DNA of 64,000 nt from Eledone cirrhosa (GCA_964016885.1 OZ024741.1:272862001-272926000); one strand, 5' to 3'. Numbered from the stretch's first letter, positions 1-12,722 are shown. Numbers and translations are program-made. Notes: generated by a model from the sequence alone, not told the origin.

Positions 1-590
1 TATTATGTGAGATAATTATGTGAGGTAAAGCCTTTACTGCAAAAATACAATAGTAAATATAGAGTAATGTAAATGCTATGTGAGATATTATGTGAGATAA
101 TTATGTGAGGTAAAGCCTTTACTGCACAAATACAATAGTAAATATAGAATGTAAATGATATGTGAGATATTATGTGAGATAATTATGTGAGGTAAAGCCT
201 TTACTGCAAAAATACAATAGTAAATATAGAATAATGTAAATGCTATGTGAGATATTATGTGAGATAATTATGTGAGGTAAAGCCTTTACTGCAAAAATAC
301 AATAGTAAATATAGAGTAATGTAAATGATATGTGAGATATTATGTGAGATAATTATGTGAGGTAAAGCCTTTACTGCAAAAATACAATAGTAAATATAGA
401 ATAATGTAAATGATATGTGAGATATTATGTGAGATAATTATGTGAGGTAAAGCCTTTACTGCAAAAATACAATAGTAAATATAGAGTAATGTAAATGATA
501 TGTGAGATATTATGTGAGATAATTATGTGAGGTAAAGCCTTTACTGCAAAAATACAATAGTAAATATAGAGTAATGTAAATGCTAAAGGG
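1..590 (+). repeat. ~85-bp tandem satellite (~7 units) ending in a piggyBac-like terminus (...TGCTAAAGGG|TTAA)
   Basis: Unit TATTATGTGAGATAATTATGTGAGGTAAAGCC...GTAAATG(A/C)TATGTGAGA repeats from base 1 and matches the subterminal region of the MITE at 2900-3120. Confidence 0.9.
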
Positions 591-729
591 TTAAGTGCAA
601 GTGTGTCATCATAAAAACCTGAACTGTCTTTGATAGTATGTGGCCCACATCTAAATTTGGAATGTTAATGTGGTCCTTTCATGCTAAAAGAGGAGGAGGA
701 GGCTTATCATAGATTAATATTCAAACTAA

Positions 730-762
<33 letters not shown>

Positions 763-1080
763 GAAGAAGAAGAAGAAGAAGAAGGAGGAGGGGGGGGGGG
801 GAGAAGAACAACAACACCATGATGAGAATGGAGTAAATCTGGCTTGAGTGTTTTCACAAGATTGATGAGTGATCAAGAGATTTAGTTTCCTAAAGTTAGT
901 GTTGCAGATGGTTAGGTCATTTACATCACGCTACTCTAGTAGTTGTGATCCCTTTTATTTCTCAAGTCATCCCCATAGCCTCCATATACTCCAGAGTAGC
1001 CTTCCTGGTGCTGTCCAGCATGTCCATTAACCCTTTAGCATTTACATTACTCTGTATTTACTATTATATTTACTATTATA

Positions 1081-1292
1081 AGGGTGGTATCGGTAGAGGG
1101 TCGGACGCCATGCTTTGCAGCATAGAGTTACAGCCCTTTATAATCTGAGTTCAAATCCCGCTGAGGTTAACTTTGCCTTTCATCCTTATGGGGTCGATAA
1201 AATAAAGTACCAGTCACACACTGGGGTCAACTTAATCGACTTTCCCCTCCCCCAAAAAATTGCTGGCCTTGTGCCTATATAAGAAACCATTA
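1081..1292 (+). mobile_element. tRNA-derived SINE with Meta-type central domain (octopus SINE-like)
   Basis: B-box-like GAGTTCAAATCC followed by GCCTTTCATCCTTATGGGGTCGATAAAATAAAGTACC; more than 10 copies in the window. Confidence 0.85.
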
Positions 1293-1372
1293 TATGCAGT
1301 CATAGTACTATTTTATACTTTTCAAGGTTAAAAGTCAAAGACTTGTTTATTTTTATTTTATTTCAATTTCAG

Positions 1373-1563
1373 GACGCGACAGTGTTCTTGCTATAGCTCA
1401 CAAGAAGAAAGGTCCAACAATACCTAATGAAGAGAAGATATCAAATATAATTGAAAGACTCCAGAAATCTCATATAGATATGGAACCGTCAGATGTGTCA
1501 AATATTGAAAAATATTTCTTGGAAACTGATCAGTATAATAGTCAGCTTTTACCTGAAAATTTG
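1373..1563 (+). CDS. Internal coding exon A of a degenerate EF-hand-pair protein (C1orf87/EFHC-C-terminus-like); upstream exons lie outside the window
   Basis: tttcAG acceptor, GTGAGA donor; reads RDSVLAIAHKKKGPTIPNEEKISNIIERLQKSHIDMEPSDVSNIEKYFLETDQYNSQLLPENL; ends in phase 0. Confidence 0.75.
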
Positions 1564-1576
1564 GTGAGAATTTTGA

Positions 1577-1745
1577 GCCTTGATGTGGCTGGTTTCTTAT
1601 CACAAATGGAACCTGCTGGCCTTGATCTGGCTGATGTCAAGCATCCAGATGGGATAACCTTCTATCTATTTCAGGGAGGTAAATCTCTAATCTGAATGCT
1701 GTGATATGTTCTCTGTCCCTATAAAGTGTTGCTTCTGTCACAAAC
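1577..1745 (+). mobile_element. Decayed CRE-like non-LTR retrotransposon fragment (restriction-like endonuclease region)
   Basis: LDVAGFLSQMEPAGLDLADVKHPDGITFYLFQGGKSLI aligns with [38 protein letters not shown] at 31.2-31.4 kb. Confidence 0.8.
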
Positions 1746-2056
1746 CCAGGTAGAGGCACCACAAACCCAGGTAGAGTTACCTGTAATGTGGTGGGGAGAC
1801 ACCACAAACCCAGGTAGAGTTACCTGTAATGTGGTGGGGAGACACCACAAACCCAGGTAGAGCTACTTGTAATGTGGTGGGGAGACACTACAAACCCAGG
1901 TAGAGTCACCTGTAATATGGAGGGGAGACACCACAAACCCAGGTAGAGCTACCTGCAATGTGGAGTTGAGCAGTCACAATCCCAGGTAGAGTTACCTGTA
2001 ATGTGGTGGGGAGACACCCCAAACCCAGGTAGAGCCACCTGTAATATGGAGGGGAG
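1737..2056 (+). repeat. 43-bp minisatellite (~7 units)
   Basis: Unit CACCACAAACCCAGGTAGAGTTACCTGTAATGTGGTGGGGAGA repeated head to tail with no spacers. Confidence 0.9.
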
Positions 2057-2285
2057 CAACCAATAATATGGATATATAAGTGTATGTATGCATACTTACA
2101 TTTATGTAATCTGCCATGTTTGAGTGAGAATAAAAATCTGGTTTTGTTTTTAATTTTCAGCAAAGAAATTTCCAGCCATTTCCAGCCATAAAATCGCTCG
2201 GTATGCAAATGAGGCTAATCGACCAATGTATACTTTAGAAAATACTATATATTTTTAACTGTTCAATCAAGTAGCATAAAGGTAT

Positions 2286-2328
2286 ACAGTCCTGATGAAG
2301 GGTAATGACCCAGAAACATGTTGATTGT
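2286..2328 (+). ncRNA. Minimal type-I hammerhead ribozyme
   Basis: Stem I ACAGTC/GATTGT; CTGATGA; stem II GGGT-AATG-ACCC; GAAA; palindromic ACATGT stem III; GUU cleavage triplet; flanks GTAGCA/TGCTAC and GTTCAA/TTGAAC also pair. Confidence 0.8.
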
Positions 2329-2509
2329 TCCTTGATGCTACTGTTGAACAAACAGATGGCGACAGCCATCAAGACACAGCATAGCTTGGTCGGGTCATTT
2401 GTTTGCAAACGAATCGAATATCATTATTATCATTTGATATAACCCATACTTACATATGTATATATATATATGTGTGTATATATATGTGTGTGTGTACATA
2501 TGCATACTT

Positions 2510-2540
<31 letters not shown>

Positions 2541-2733
2541 AATATATAAATAAATATATATATAAACATATATAAATATAAATATGTGTGTGTGTGTAGA
2601 ATATACTATATATAATATATATGCTTGTTTTATAATTTCAACTAACTGATATCATATGGTGAGTATATTAAAACCTTTCATTAACTGAGTCATTAGAAAA
2701 TAATTCTATGTAATCCATCAAATTTAATGGCAG

Positions 2734-2834
2734 GTTTTATCATACATCAACAAACTTGATCTACCAATTTATGGTTCACTCCTAAAAAGTCTTGTTTCAT
2801 ATTTCTGTGAAGAAAAAGATGGAACATTTGTCAG
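2734..2834 (+). CDS. Coding exon B of the EF-hand-like gene
   Basis: cAG acceptor, GTGAGC donor; VLSYINKLDLPIYGSLLKSLVSYFCEEKDGTFV; phase 0 in, phase 2 out. Confidence 0.75.
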
Positions 2835-2899
2835 GTGAGCTTTTATATCTTACTGCTTTCAGTTAGTTGACTTTAGCTATGTTGCAGAAACTGCTTGAA

Positions 2900-3120
2900 C
2901 CCTTTAGCATTTAAATCGGCTGTATCCTGCCAGAATTCTCTCACCTCTTTCTGTTCAAGCCAACTGTAACCGGCCGCTCATACTGATGATAAGGTATTGT
3001 TCTCAAAATAAATAACATCAAATTCGCATAGATTCGATATTATGTGAGATAATTATTTGAGGTAAAACTTTTACTGTGAAAATATAATAGTAAATATAGA
3101 GTAATGTAAATGCTAAAGGG
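2900..3120. mobile_element. Non-autonomous piggyBac-like MITE
   Basis: TIRs CCCTTTAGCATTTA / TAAATGCTAAAGGG flanked by TGAA and TTAA; a further terminus at 1027-1080. Confidence 0.8.
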
Positions 3121-3194
3121 TTAAACAGATTTAGTCAATCATATCGACCCCAGTACTTATTTTGTTTTAAGTCTGCTACTTTTATTATCTGTGT

Positions 3195-3485
3195 AGGCGT
3201 GTGGCTGAGTGATAAGTGTGTTAGACTTATGATCATAATGTTGTGGGTTCTATTCCTGGGCTGCACTGTGTGTTGTGTTCTTGAGCAAAGCACTTCATTT
3301 CAAAGTTGCTTCAGTATACTCAGCTTAAAATGAGTGACAGCAGCACTAGCTGGGGTTTTAACTGTGATGGACTGGCATCCTATCCTGGTGGGAGTCTTGT
3401 ACTGTCAGTCACTTCACACCACAAAACTGAGATAAGCACAGGCCTAATGAGCTTCCTGGTTTGAGACAGACTTTAGACTTAGACT
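3195..3485 (+). mobile_element. Second tRNA-derived SINE family (CORE/V-like body)
   Basis: A-box TGGCTGAGTGA, B-box GGTTCTATTCC, TTGTGTTCTTGAGCAAAGCACTT core, (AGACTT)n tail; related head on the - strand at ~50750-50870. Confidence 0.65.
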
Positions 3486-4033
3486 CATTTTTTATTGTTG
3501 AACTGCTAAGTTATGGGATATAAATCCACCCCCACCCCACCACAAATATATATATATATCATCATCATCGTTTAGCATCCATTTTCCCACACTAGCATGG
3601 ATTAGACAAGTTTTCCTGTTGAGAGAGAAGCCAGGTCAGATGACCGTGTCTTGCTCACACAGAACTGGGCTTGGTTTCTATGGCTGGATGCCCAATCACA
3701 TTTACAGTGTGTACTGGGCGCTTTTTATCATGACACCTACATGACCACTTTACAGTATAGACTGGGTACTTTTTGTCATGTCACCTACATGACCACTTTA
3801 CAGTATAGACTGGGTACTTTTTGTCATGTCACCTACATGACCATTTTACAAGGGGTGCTCTTGTACTCTCAGTTGCTTTATGCCACAACACTGGGATAAG
3901 CACTGGCCTGACGAGTCTCCTAGCTTGAGACAGACTTTAGACTAGATAAGACTGTATACATGTAGTTTAGAATAGATACATGAAATGCCAGTATTTGACA
4001 AAATGTGATTAAAAAATATTGTAATACTAAGCT

Positions 4034-4080
4034 GTCAGGATGGCCAAGTTGTCTAAGGCACCAACCTCAAGTTCTGGTCT
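4034..4080 (+). pseudogene. 5' half of tRNA-Leu(CAA)
   Basis: GTCAGGATGGCCAAGTTGTCTAAGGCACCAACCTCAAGTTCTGGTCT resembles the eukaryotic tRNA-Leu(CAA) 5' half; no T-arm or 3' acceptor strand; abuts a MITE. Confidence 0.65.
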
Positions 4081-4082
4081 GA

Positions 4083-4408
4083 CAGAATCTTTTCTCAATG
4101 GCGGTACCCCAGCAGGGGGCGCTGGGGTCTAAGGGGGCAGTGGGAGGCAGTAGAGATAATGTAACAGTATATTAAATATCAAATGATATATATTATATAT
4201 AAATATAGTAAAATAGAAAAAAATATAATACTTATTTATACATAATATATATTATATTATTTATTATATATAAATTAACAATTTTATTTATTATATATTA
4301 TTTACTATTTGCGTGTAGGCAAGTCTCTCTGGAAATAGGGGTGGGGGGCACTGAGGGTATTATGTGGCCATGAGCGGGGTGGTGGCCCCAAACCTTTGAG
4401 AACCTCTG
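4083..4408. mobile_element. hAT-like MITE
   Basis: Imperfect TIRs CAGAATCTTTTCTCAA / TTGAGAACCTCTG; a split second copy at ~35590-35660 plus 37862-38000. Confidence 0.6.
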
Positions 4409-4686
4409 TAATAAAATAATCAGATGTTTACATGTTGTTTAGAATAGTTACATGAAAAGTCTGTGTGTTGCAACATGTGATTAAACGGTGACTAGAGGTA
4501 GTTAAAAGGGTTAGTGTCAGGAAGAGCATATGTTTGTTAAGAATTGCCCCCATAACGATCCTATGATTAGTTTGAAGCTTGATCAACTCCGGTTTCAACA
4601 GGAAAAATGAACTTAAAATGCTTGTTGTTGTATTCTTTAATACAAACAATACTTTCTTTCAATCTGCAAATTTGTGTCTAATCCAG

Positions 4687-4804
4687 ATGGAAGCCTTTAC
4701 TTGATGTATTGGATATCATATTAAAGAAGGGAGACATTTCAAAAGTTAAAACAGTGCTGTTGTCATCCAGAAGTTATACGAAAAGCAACTATAAGTTTGT
4801 AAAG
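4687..4804 (+). CDS. Coding exon C of the EF-hand-like gene
   Basis: ccAG acceptor, GTAAGT donor; (R)WKPLLDVLDIILKKGDISKVKTVLLSSRSYTKSNYKFVK; phase 2 in, phase 0 out. Confidence 0.75.
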
Positions 4805-5109
4805 GTAAGTCTAAATATTTATAAATCTAGAAAATGCAACATTTTAATTGTACTTCAATGATAAAGCATGGATGAACTGAGAGAAACACTGGACATAAGA
4901 GGAGTCAGAAGGCTATAAAGAAATAAAGCAAGTATGCTCTGAAGGATGTGTCAGTGTGCATGAACATAGCAGGGTAAGTGAACTGAGAGAAACATTAAGC
5001 ATAAGAGAAATCCGATGTATTATGCAATAGAGAAGACAGTATTGGTATGGACATGTGATGTATATGGAGGATGATTGCTGAGTGAAGAAATACAAAGAGG
5101 TCTCAGTGG

Positions 5110-5345
5110 AATATTGTAGTAGTTAGAGTTAGTTTGTAATATATCAAATATTGTAGTAGTTAGAGTTAGTGTGTAATATATTAAATATAGAAATAGTTAG
5201 AGTTAGTGTGTAGTATATTAAATATTAGAAATAGAGTTAGTCTGTAGTATATTGAATATTGTAATAGTTAGAGTTAGTCTGTAATATACTAAATATTGTA
5301 ATAGTTAGAGTTAGTCTGTAATATATTAATTAATGTAATAGAGTG
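5110..5345 (+). repeat. ~37-bp minisatellite following an RTE fragment (~4865-5110)
   Basis: AATATTGTA(G/A)TAGTTAGAGTTAGT(G/C)TGTAATATA repeated about 6 times. Confidence 0.8.
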
Positions 5346-5412
5346 TTGGGTTTATGATTGTAAGGTTATTTTATCCTCGAGCAAAACACAAAAAGCTAGT
5401 ATATATATATAT

Positions 5413-5648
5413 ATGGAACAAACTACCTGCATCAGTTATTAGCTGTCGAAACACTGCATCCTTTAAAACCTCCATGCTTCCTGAGATTCGCCAACGCTAC
5501 ACCTAATATTCCCTCTCCATACACATACACACATGTATATCATGACTCATACACTATTCACTTCCCTGACATTTGTATATTATTCTATGTACTATACATG
5601 CACCTTTGACAAGTTGTAGTGCACCTGAGCACTGTACACAATAATTTC

Positions 5649-5672
<24 letters not shown>
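5413..5672 (+). mobile_element. CR1/L2-type LINE 3' end
   Basis: WNKLPASVISCRNTASFK, 3' GTGCACCTGAGCAC stem and (ATT)n tail; near-identical to 6635-6928. Confidence 0.7.
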
Positions 5673-5689
<17 letters not shown>

Positions 5690-5896
5690 TTACTAAAATG
5701 AATAAAGATGTCATGCCTGAGAAAATGAGGGCGGCCAGCACGTGGGACCCCATTTGCTTACTTTACAGAGAAATGGGGAGGGCGAGAGAGAAGGGAGCAA
5801 TGACGGTGGGAGTTTGGCTCTTCCGTGTCATGTGGATCATGTGATAATTTCATTTTCCCAATGGCTCACTTATTCTATTCGCCGGCAGCTAACTTC

Positions 5897-6067
5897 TGTT
5901 GTGTTGATCTGTATCAAACGATAGTCTATGCGTAGCCAGAATCCTCTAGATGGAAGCAATAAACAGAACTCTGAAGGAGGGTGAGGTGTATATTTTGTTG
6001 TCAGCCACATTCAAGACAGCAGCAACAACAACAACAACAACAGCAGCAGAAACAACAACAACAACAA

Positions 6068-6106
<39 letters not shown>

Positions 6107-6304
6107 CAACAACTAACACCAACCAACGTCGCCCCCCTGGCCAATGTAGGCGACGTTGGTCAGTGTTTGCTGTTGTAGTTGTTATCTTGAATGTGGCTGT
6201 CAACAAAATATACACCTCACTCTCCCTCAGAGTTCCATTTATTGCTTCCATCTACTGGATTCTGGCTACCCATAGACTATCGTTTGATACAGATCAACAC
6301 AACA
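5897..6304. mobile_element. Fold-back (long-TIR) element with an internal (CAA/CAG)n tract
   Basis: ~130-bp arms are reverse complements (TAGTCTATGCGTAGCCAGA / TCTGGCTACCCATAGACTA); central CCAACGTCGCC / GGCGACGTTGG hairpin. Confidence 0.75.
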
Positions 6305-6634
6305 TACTTCTGGGGTTACCTTTCTGCTGATTTACAACCTTAATTCCGTGGGGCATGTGTGAATCCTGATTGCACCTATTGACACGTGGAGAGTACTTTA
6401 CTCCAGTAAACACGACAGCTGGGAGACCCTTTCAGGAACTCATATGTCTGCTGGATGCACGAGCAGAAGGACATGTGTTTTTTTTTCCTGCCGGCAGCAT
6501 ATCACAAAATCGGATTTCATCTGAGGATACCGTTCTCATAACAGCAACAAATGCATGAATTACATCTTGATTGCATGGGAGAACCGTTGAAATAATTATA
6601 ATGAATAAATAATAATAAATATTTTTTTGTAAAC

Positions 6635-6898
6635 ATTTTTTCACGCTCAGAGTTGCTGAAGCATGGAACAAACTACCTGCGTCAGTTGTTAGCTGCCGAG
6701 ACACTGCATCCTTTAAAACACTCATGCTTCCCGAAATACACCAAAACTACACCTGATGTACCCCGTCCATACACATGCACACATGTGTATATCATGACTC
6801 ATGCACTGTTCATTTTCCTGACGTTTGTATATTACCCTATGTACTATACATACACTTTTTGATGAGTTGTAGTGCACCTGAGCACTGTACACAATATT

Positions 6899-6928
<30 letters not shown>
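6635..6928 (+). mobile_element. CR1/L2-type LINE 3' end
   Basis: FFTLRVAEAWNKLPASVVSCRDTASFK followed by 3' UTR and (ATT)n. Confidence 0.75.
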
Positions 6929-6929
<1 letters not shown>

Positions 6930-6934
6930 AAATA

Positions 6935-7737
6935 ATGCTTTCTTTATTAACCACAAGGGTTTACATAAAGTAGACATTAAGGACAGTACAGGACAATACA
7001 GGACGGTACAAATGGGCATTTCTGCGTGTAAATAAAACAGAGGATGTAATAAAAAAATAACAATGAAAAATTCCCCAATAGAGGGGAGACTTCCGAGGGA
7101 CATTTGTGGAGAAAGCCCATTAAAAGGCCACAGTGACCCTGACCACCAGGGCAAGTGCCCTCTCCCAGTTTTCCACCTTTAATTTACAGACAGATACTCA
7201 GAGTAGGCCCATTCACTCGGGCCATACTTGCTTCTCGCACCCATCTTTCAACAAAATGCTGGGAAGAGAGCACTTCCCTCTCTACCCTGATTTTCCTTTT
7301 CAAATGAAATTTTAAAAAGTTAATCAGGGCATCACCGAAGAGGTAAGTGCTCGTCTTCAGCCCTTTCAAACGTGTCCACCATACTATCTCTTTCGCCATA
7401 GCCACCAGACAGATAAAAACTGCCTGCCCTTCCCGGCTAAAGGAAGAGGGCGGGGCAATCCTCACGATGGACTCAGCTGATAGCTGGATCCATCCTACAC
7501 ATGACAGCAGGTGTTCGACATAAACCCACAAGTCAGCAATGCTCGGACACTGGACGAGTGCATGCAGGACGGTTTCGTCGCCCTGCGCGCATCTGGGACA
7601 TGCCCGGCTGACGGCACCTCCATACCTGTAGAGTTTATCCTGAACTGGCAAAGCTCCTCGGTAGCACTGCCAGGCCAGGGATTTCTGGAAGTTGTCCATA
7701 GGCCCCGGCCCGAAAGTCCTTCCGAAGAGATTGGAAA
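6935..7737 (-). mobile_element. L1/Tx1-clade LINE 3' fragment
   Basis: CCHC knuckle CPRCAQGDETVLHALVQC in ORF 7184-7768; 3' UTR with AATAAA ending in the (ATT)n tail of the neighbouring CR1 copy. Confidence 0.75.
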
Positions 7738-8223
7738 TAATAATGTTATTATATTGAATCTCCATCATAACTACAAACTACGAATGTTGAGAGCTTTCTC
7801 CTGCTTGGTCCTGTTTTTACCAAAATAATCTCTTCGGAACATATGTATATATATATATATATATATATACAATGTCAATTAGATCTCTAGGGATTTTTGT
7901 ACAAGTTGAAAACATGTTATGTATACATATAAATCTCTATATATACATGTACATGCACACATATACATGCATTCCCATATTGAGTGAGTGTGAAAGACCA
8001 AAGGTCATTATTGAAAGTCTCTGGATTTCGCAAAATACATATTATTTTTTATTGGAGAAGGTAAGATATTTTTCCGCAAAAATTTGATTGCACTGTTTTG
8101 TTTCCACTTATGTATTTTTTGAAAATGTTATTTATTCATTATAAAAATTAAATGATAGCATTCTATATGTAGGTGGGCCCCCTTCATCTCCTGGCAACCA
8201 ATATTTTTAGACCCAGTCCGCCA

Positions 8224-8287
<64 letters not shown>

Positions 8288-11200
8288 TCATCATCATCAT
8301 CATCATCATTTTACGTTCGCTTTTCCCTGCTTGCAAGGGTGGGGCGGGTCCTATTCAGCACAGCATCTCTCCATTCGTCGTCGTTCTTTGTCATCTTCTC
8401 CGTGAGCTTCAGCGATCTGAGGTCAGCTCTCTCTGCATCTTCCTTCTTCTGGGATTCCTAGGCACTTCTTTACCCAGCGGTCATCCTCCATGTGCATAAC
8501 ATGTCCATACCAATGCAGTCTTCTCTCCCCCCACACACAACAGCTTATCCCTCTTAAACACAGTTTCTCTCTCAGCTTGTCTATGCTTGGTCGTTCTCAT
8601 ACATTGACATTGCACATCCAACAGAGCATGTTTGCTTCATTTCTCTCGAGCCGTAGCATATCCTCCGTAGTTGCTGCCCATGTCTCACTACCATGCAGCA
8701 TCGCGCATCTCACACAGGCATCATATAACCGGCCTTTTGCTCTCAGGGAGAAACCCTTCTTTGTCAACAGAAGAAGTAGCTCCCTAAACTTCTTCCAACC
8801 CGTCCTTATTCTAGATACTATGGCCTCAGAACACCCTCCTCCCTTGCTAATATGATCACCTAGGTATCGGAAGCTAGCAACCACCTCTATAAATCCTACC
8901 TGCATTTGAAAAATATGTCTATCACTGCGACTTCTACTGTCATATTTCCCTGTACACCTACTGCATATGTAGTTTTCCCTACTCGTTAGTTTGCCTGCTA
9001 TTCCACTACATCTCTTGTGTACCCAACATCTGCATTGTGTACATTTTATAGAATTTATGCCAACTCCTTTTCTACATATCGAACGTGGCCATTTCCCTGA
9101 TGGAATCAAAGTTTTGTCCTCTTCTTTACTTATCAACACTTTTGTCTTAGCTAGGTTCACTCTCAGTCCTCTTGATTCCAACTGCTGTTTCCACAGCCAG
9201 AATTTATTCTCTAGCTCCTCTCCTGATTCTACTATAAGAACCAGATCGTCAGCATAGAGAAGTTCCCATGGACAGCCAGTCTTAAACTGTTATGGCTTGG
9301 AGGACTATAATGAACAAGAGCGGACAAGGACCGAACCTTGATGTAATCCTACTTGTATCTGGAATTCCTCATTAAACTTCATTCCTACTCTCACTTTACT
9401 GACTGCATCCCTGTATATAGCTTGCACTGTCCTCACAAGCCATTCCTCAACACCTAGTTTCCTTAGGGACCACCAGATGACAGATTGGGGTACCCTATCA
9501 AGGCCTTCTCTAGTTCAACAAAAGGTAAGTATAGTGGCTTATTCTTCTCTAAGAACCTCTCTTGTAGTGGTCTCACTAAGAAGAGGGCATCCGTTGTACT
9601 TTTCCCAGGCACAAAACCAAACTGTATCTCATCTAATTTGACCCTTTCTCAAATTAGTTGCGCTAGTATTCTTTCTGCCACTTTCATAACCTTATCCATC
9701 AGTTTTATGCCCCTATAATTGCTCCCCTCCAGAGCATCCCCTTTACCTTTGTAGCAATTTATAAGAATAGTGCTGCACCAGTCTTTGGGTATGACTCCGC
9801 CATATATTGCTTAATTGACGATGCGTGAAACCAGTTTAGTTCCTACTTCTCCTGATGCCTTTGGCATCTCAACAACTATCCCTGACGGTCCAGTGGCCTT
9901 ACCACTTTTCATTTCCTTAATTGCCTCTTTAACCCTATAGTTGTCAATCTTAATAGCTGGTCCCTCTGTTGGGTCTACTGGGGTAGTTTCTCTCTCTCCC
10001 ATTTGTTCTCAACATTCACCAGTCTCTCATAATGACATTTCTAGGCCTCCTTTCTTTGATCATTCGTGACACTAAGTACACCGGCATCATTCCGGGGACA
10101 CTTATCTCCAACAACATCCTGATTTACACTGACACACTGCCTTGCAATGCAGAACACCGCACGTCTCTGATCTTCTTGTCGCAGAACATTGGCAAACCTC
10201 CTACTCTCAGCTTCCCTACATGCTAAGTACACCTGACGTCTAGCTTCTCTCTTAGCAGCTGTATATTGGTCTCTACTCGCACTATTTTTCCAAGCCTTCC
10301 ATGCTAGTCTTTTGTCTTTAATGGCCCTATCTACCGTGCTGTTCCACCACCAGGTCACCCTCTGTCTGGTCGGAGCTCTGCTCCAGCCACAAGTTTCTTC
10401 AGTAGCCTGCAGTAAGTTGTCAAGTAAGAAATTCCAGTTATCATCTATGTTATACGATTCTAACTCGTCTTCTTTTTCGTCATACACATCTTGAAGGGCT
10501 TTCCTAAATTTATATTCTAGTGAAAGGTCTTTTAGCTTCCAGACCTTCCTGTGTGTTTCATTTTGTCTCTTGCTTATTGAGATGTCACTAATGACTAACC
10601 TATGCTGGGGGGTACATTCTTCTCCGGGGTATGCCTTAGTATTTGACAGCAGCTGTCTGTTTTGTTCCCTATCTAACAAGAAGTCAATCTGGCTTATGTG
10701 CTCACCTGACTGGCAGGTTTCCTGAAGTTAGTGTTGCAAATGGTTAGTTCATTTGCATCACAAAATTCAAGAAGCCCCACTTCTTCTTCGTTTCTTGAGC
10801 CATAACCATGGCCACCATGTACCCCAGTGTAACCATCCTGGAGCTGCCCAACATGACCATTGAAGTCACCTGCTAGTATAACTAAGTCTCTGTCCTTTGT
10901 CATTGTGGTTGTTTCTAAAAGTTGCTCGTAAAAGCAGTCCTTCTCTTCTTTACTTAGACCCGCCTGGGGAGCATAGGTAGAGATAATTGTCAGCAGTCAC
11001 TTGCCTACAACTATTCTAATCTTAATTATTCTATTACTGACTCTAACACCTCTATTGTCTTATTGGAGCACCTCTCGATCTCACCTCTTGCACGCAGCAC
11101 ACATCCACATGTCTTCTCTCTAGCATCTCCACTATCTCACCAGATCTACATCTCAGGATGCTAACATTAAGTGTGGCAACCCTGAGATGCAACGTCTTTC

Positions 11201-11660
11201 ATTGTTTTTTCCTTTTCTGCAAAGAAAAATGGTTTATAATCATGTTGTGAGATTGCTTGATGATGGTCAGGGGCTTCTCGCACATGGCTGCTCTAGCCAC
11301 CCCTCTACCATGTGCAGCCCTAACATGGTTAGTATTATTACTGTTCATGCAGTTATTGCGATATATATTTGTTGTTGTGCTCATAATTATTTTGGCATTA
11401 ATACACTGGTTGGATGCCCTTCCTAACACCAGTGCCACTTTACATCATGGACTGGGTGCTTTTATTCGTGCCACCAGCAATAGAGAGGTTGTCTTACTGG
11501 ACTCAGGGGCCCTCTCTCCACCTCATAGTTTGGCATAGTTTTAATAGCTGAATGATACTACCATTACCTCCATTTTACAGCATGGACTGGGTGCTTTTAT
11601 GTGTGCCACCAGCACTAGGGAAGTCATCTTACTGGATTTAGGAGACTTCTCCACCCCGTC
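8288..11660 (-). mobile_element. Decayed near-full-length RTE LINE (family A)
   Basis: APE motifs (RVATLNV, AGDFNGHVG), RT (LLYADD), Cys-rich finger, (GAT)n tail; many stops and frameshifts. Confidence 0.9.
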
Positions 11661-11856
11661 TGCCCCGTATATATCTATATATATAGGTATTAGAGGTGCA
11701 AATTAATTGCATCCTAGGCAGTATGCCAAGATGAGCACTCGATGCTCATGGGGAGCAGAGTATAAATAATAATAATAATAATAATATATATATATAAATA
11801 TATATTTATATATGTATATATATATATACTGTATATATATATATGTATATATATGT

Positions 11857-12219
11857 AAAAATTCTATTTAAATTATTGGGATGCAACAAGCAAATCTTTT
11901 TATAACTGATATAAAGCACTCAACAAATAATTGGAGTAAAAATACGATATTGACAAATGGAAACTATATTTATTTCATTATACATATTTCAAGGACACCA
12001 AGTTAAATTATAGTGTGCTTTCATCAGATAAAATATAATATAGAGCAGTTTTATAACAGTAATGGTTGCATTCTTTAAGAGTATGTCAATATTTATTTAT
12101 AAAACTGTTCTATATTATATTTTATCTGATGAAAGCACACCATAATTTAACTTGGTGTTCTTGAAATATGTATAATGAAATAAATATGGTTTTATAAATA
12201 TAGTTTCCATTTGTTAATA
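11857..12219 (-). mobile_element. Hammerhead-bearing fold-back element in (TA)n
   Basis: Arms 11948-12057 and 12097-12219 are inverted; HHR at 12118-12182 (TATTTTAT-CTGATGA...GAAA-TATGTA-TA-ATGAAATA) with a mirror copy; TTGAGTG tail motif at 11917-11923. Confidence 0.75.
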
Positions 12220-12273
12220 TAGTATATATGTATATATATATATAAATGTATATATATATATATATATACACAC

Positions 12274-12306
<33 letters not shown>

Positions 12307-12437
12307 AATATATATATACACACACATACATATATATATATGTATATATATATGTATATATATATATATATATAAATATATATATACACACACATACATA
12401 TATATATGTATATATATATAAATATATATATACACAC

Positions 12438-12504
<67 letters not shown>

Positions 12505-12525
12505 TATATATATAACTATATATAT

Positions 12526-12570
<45 letters not shown>

Positions 12571-12598
12571 TATATATACACACACATACATACATATA

Positions 12599-12665
<67 letters not shown>

Positions 12666-12722
12666 ATTATTCAATAAATCATTCTCTAAATGAGTCTATT
12701 TATCATATGTTTCATATTTCAG

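Noticed and set aside
1737-2056. CRISPR-like appearance of the 43-bp array (also the 19-, 37- and 85-bp arrays)
   Set aside because: Head-to-tail units with no unique spacers, no cas genes, eukaryotic context
4034-4080. Functional tRNA-Leu gene
   Set aside because: Only the 5' half is present, with substitutions in the D-arm and anticodon stem
5946-6330. Two near-identical ORFs on opposite strands (MEAIN...)
   Set aside because: Artefact of the inverted repeat plus triplet tract
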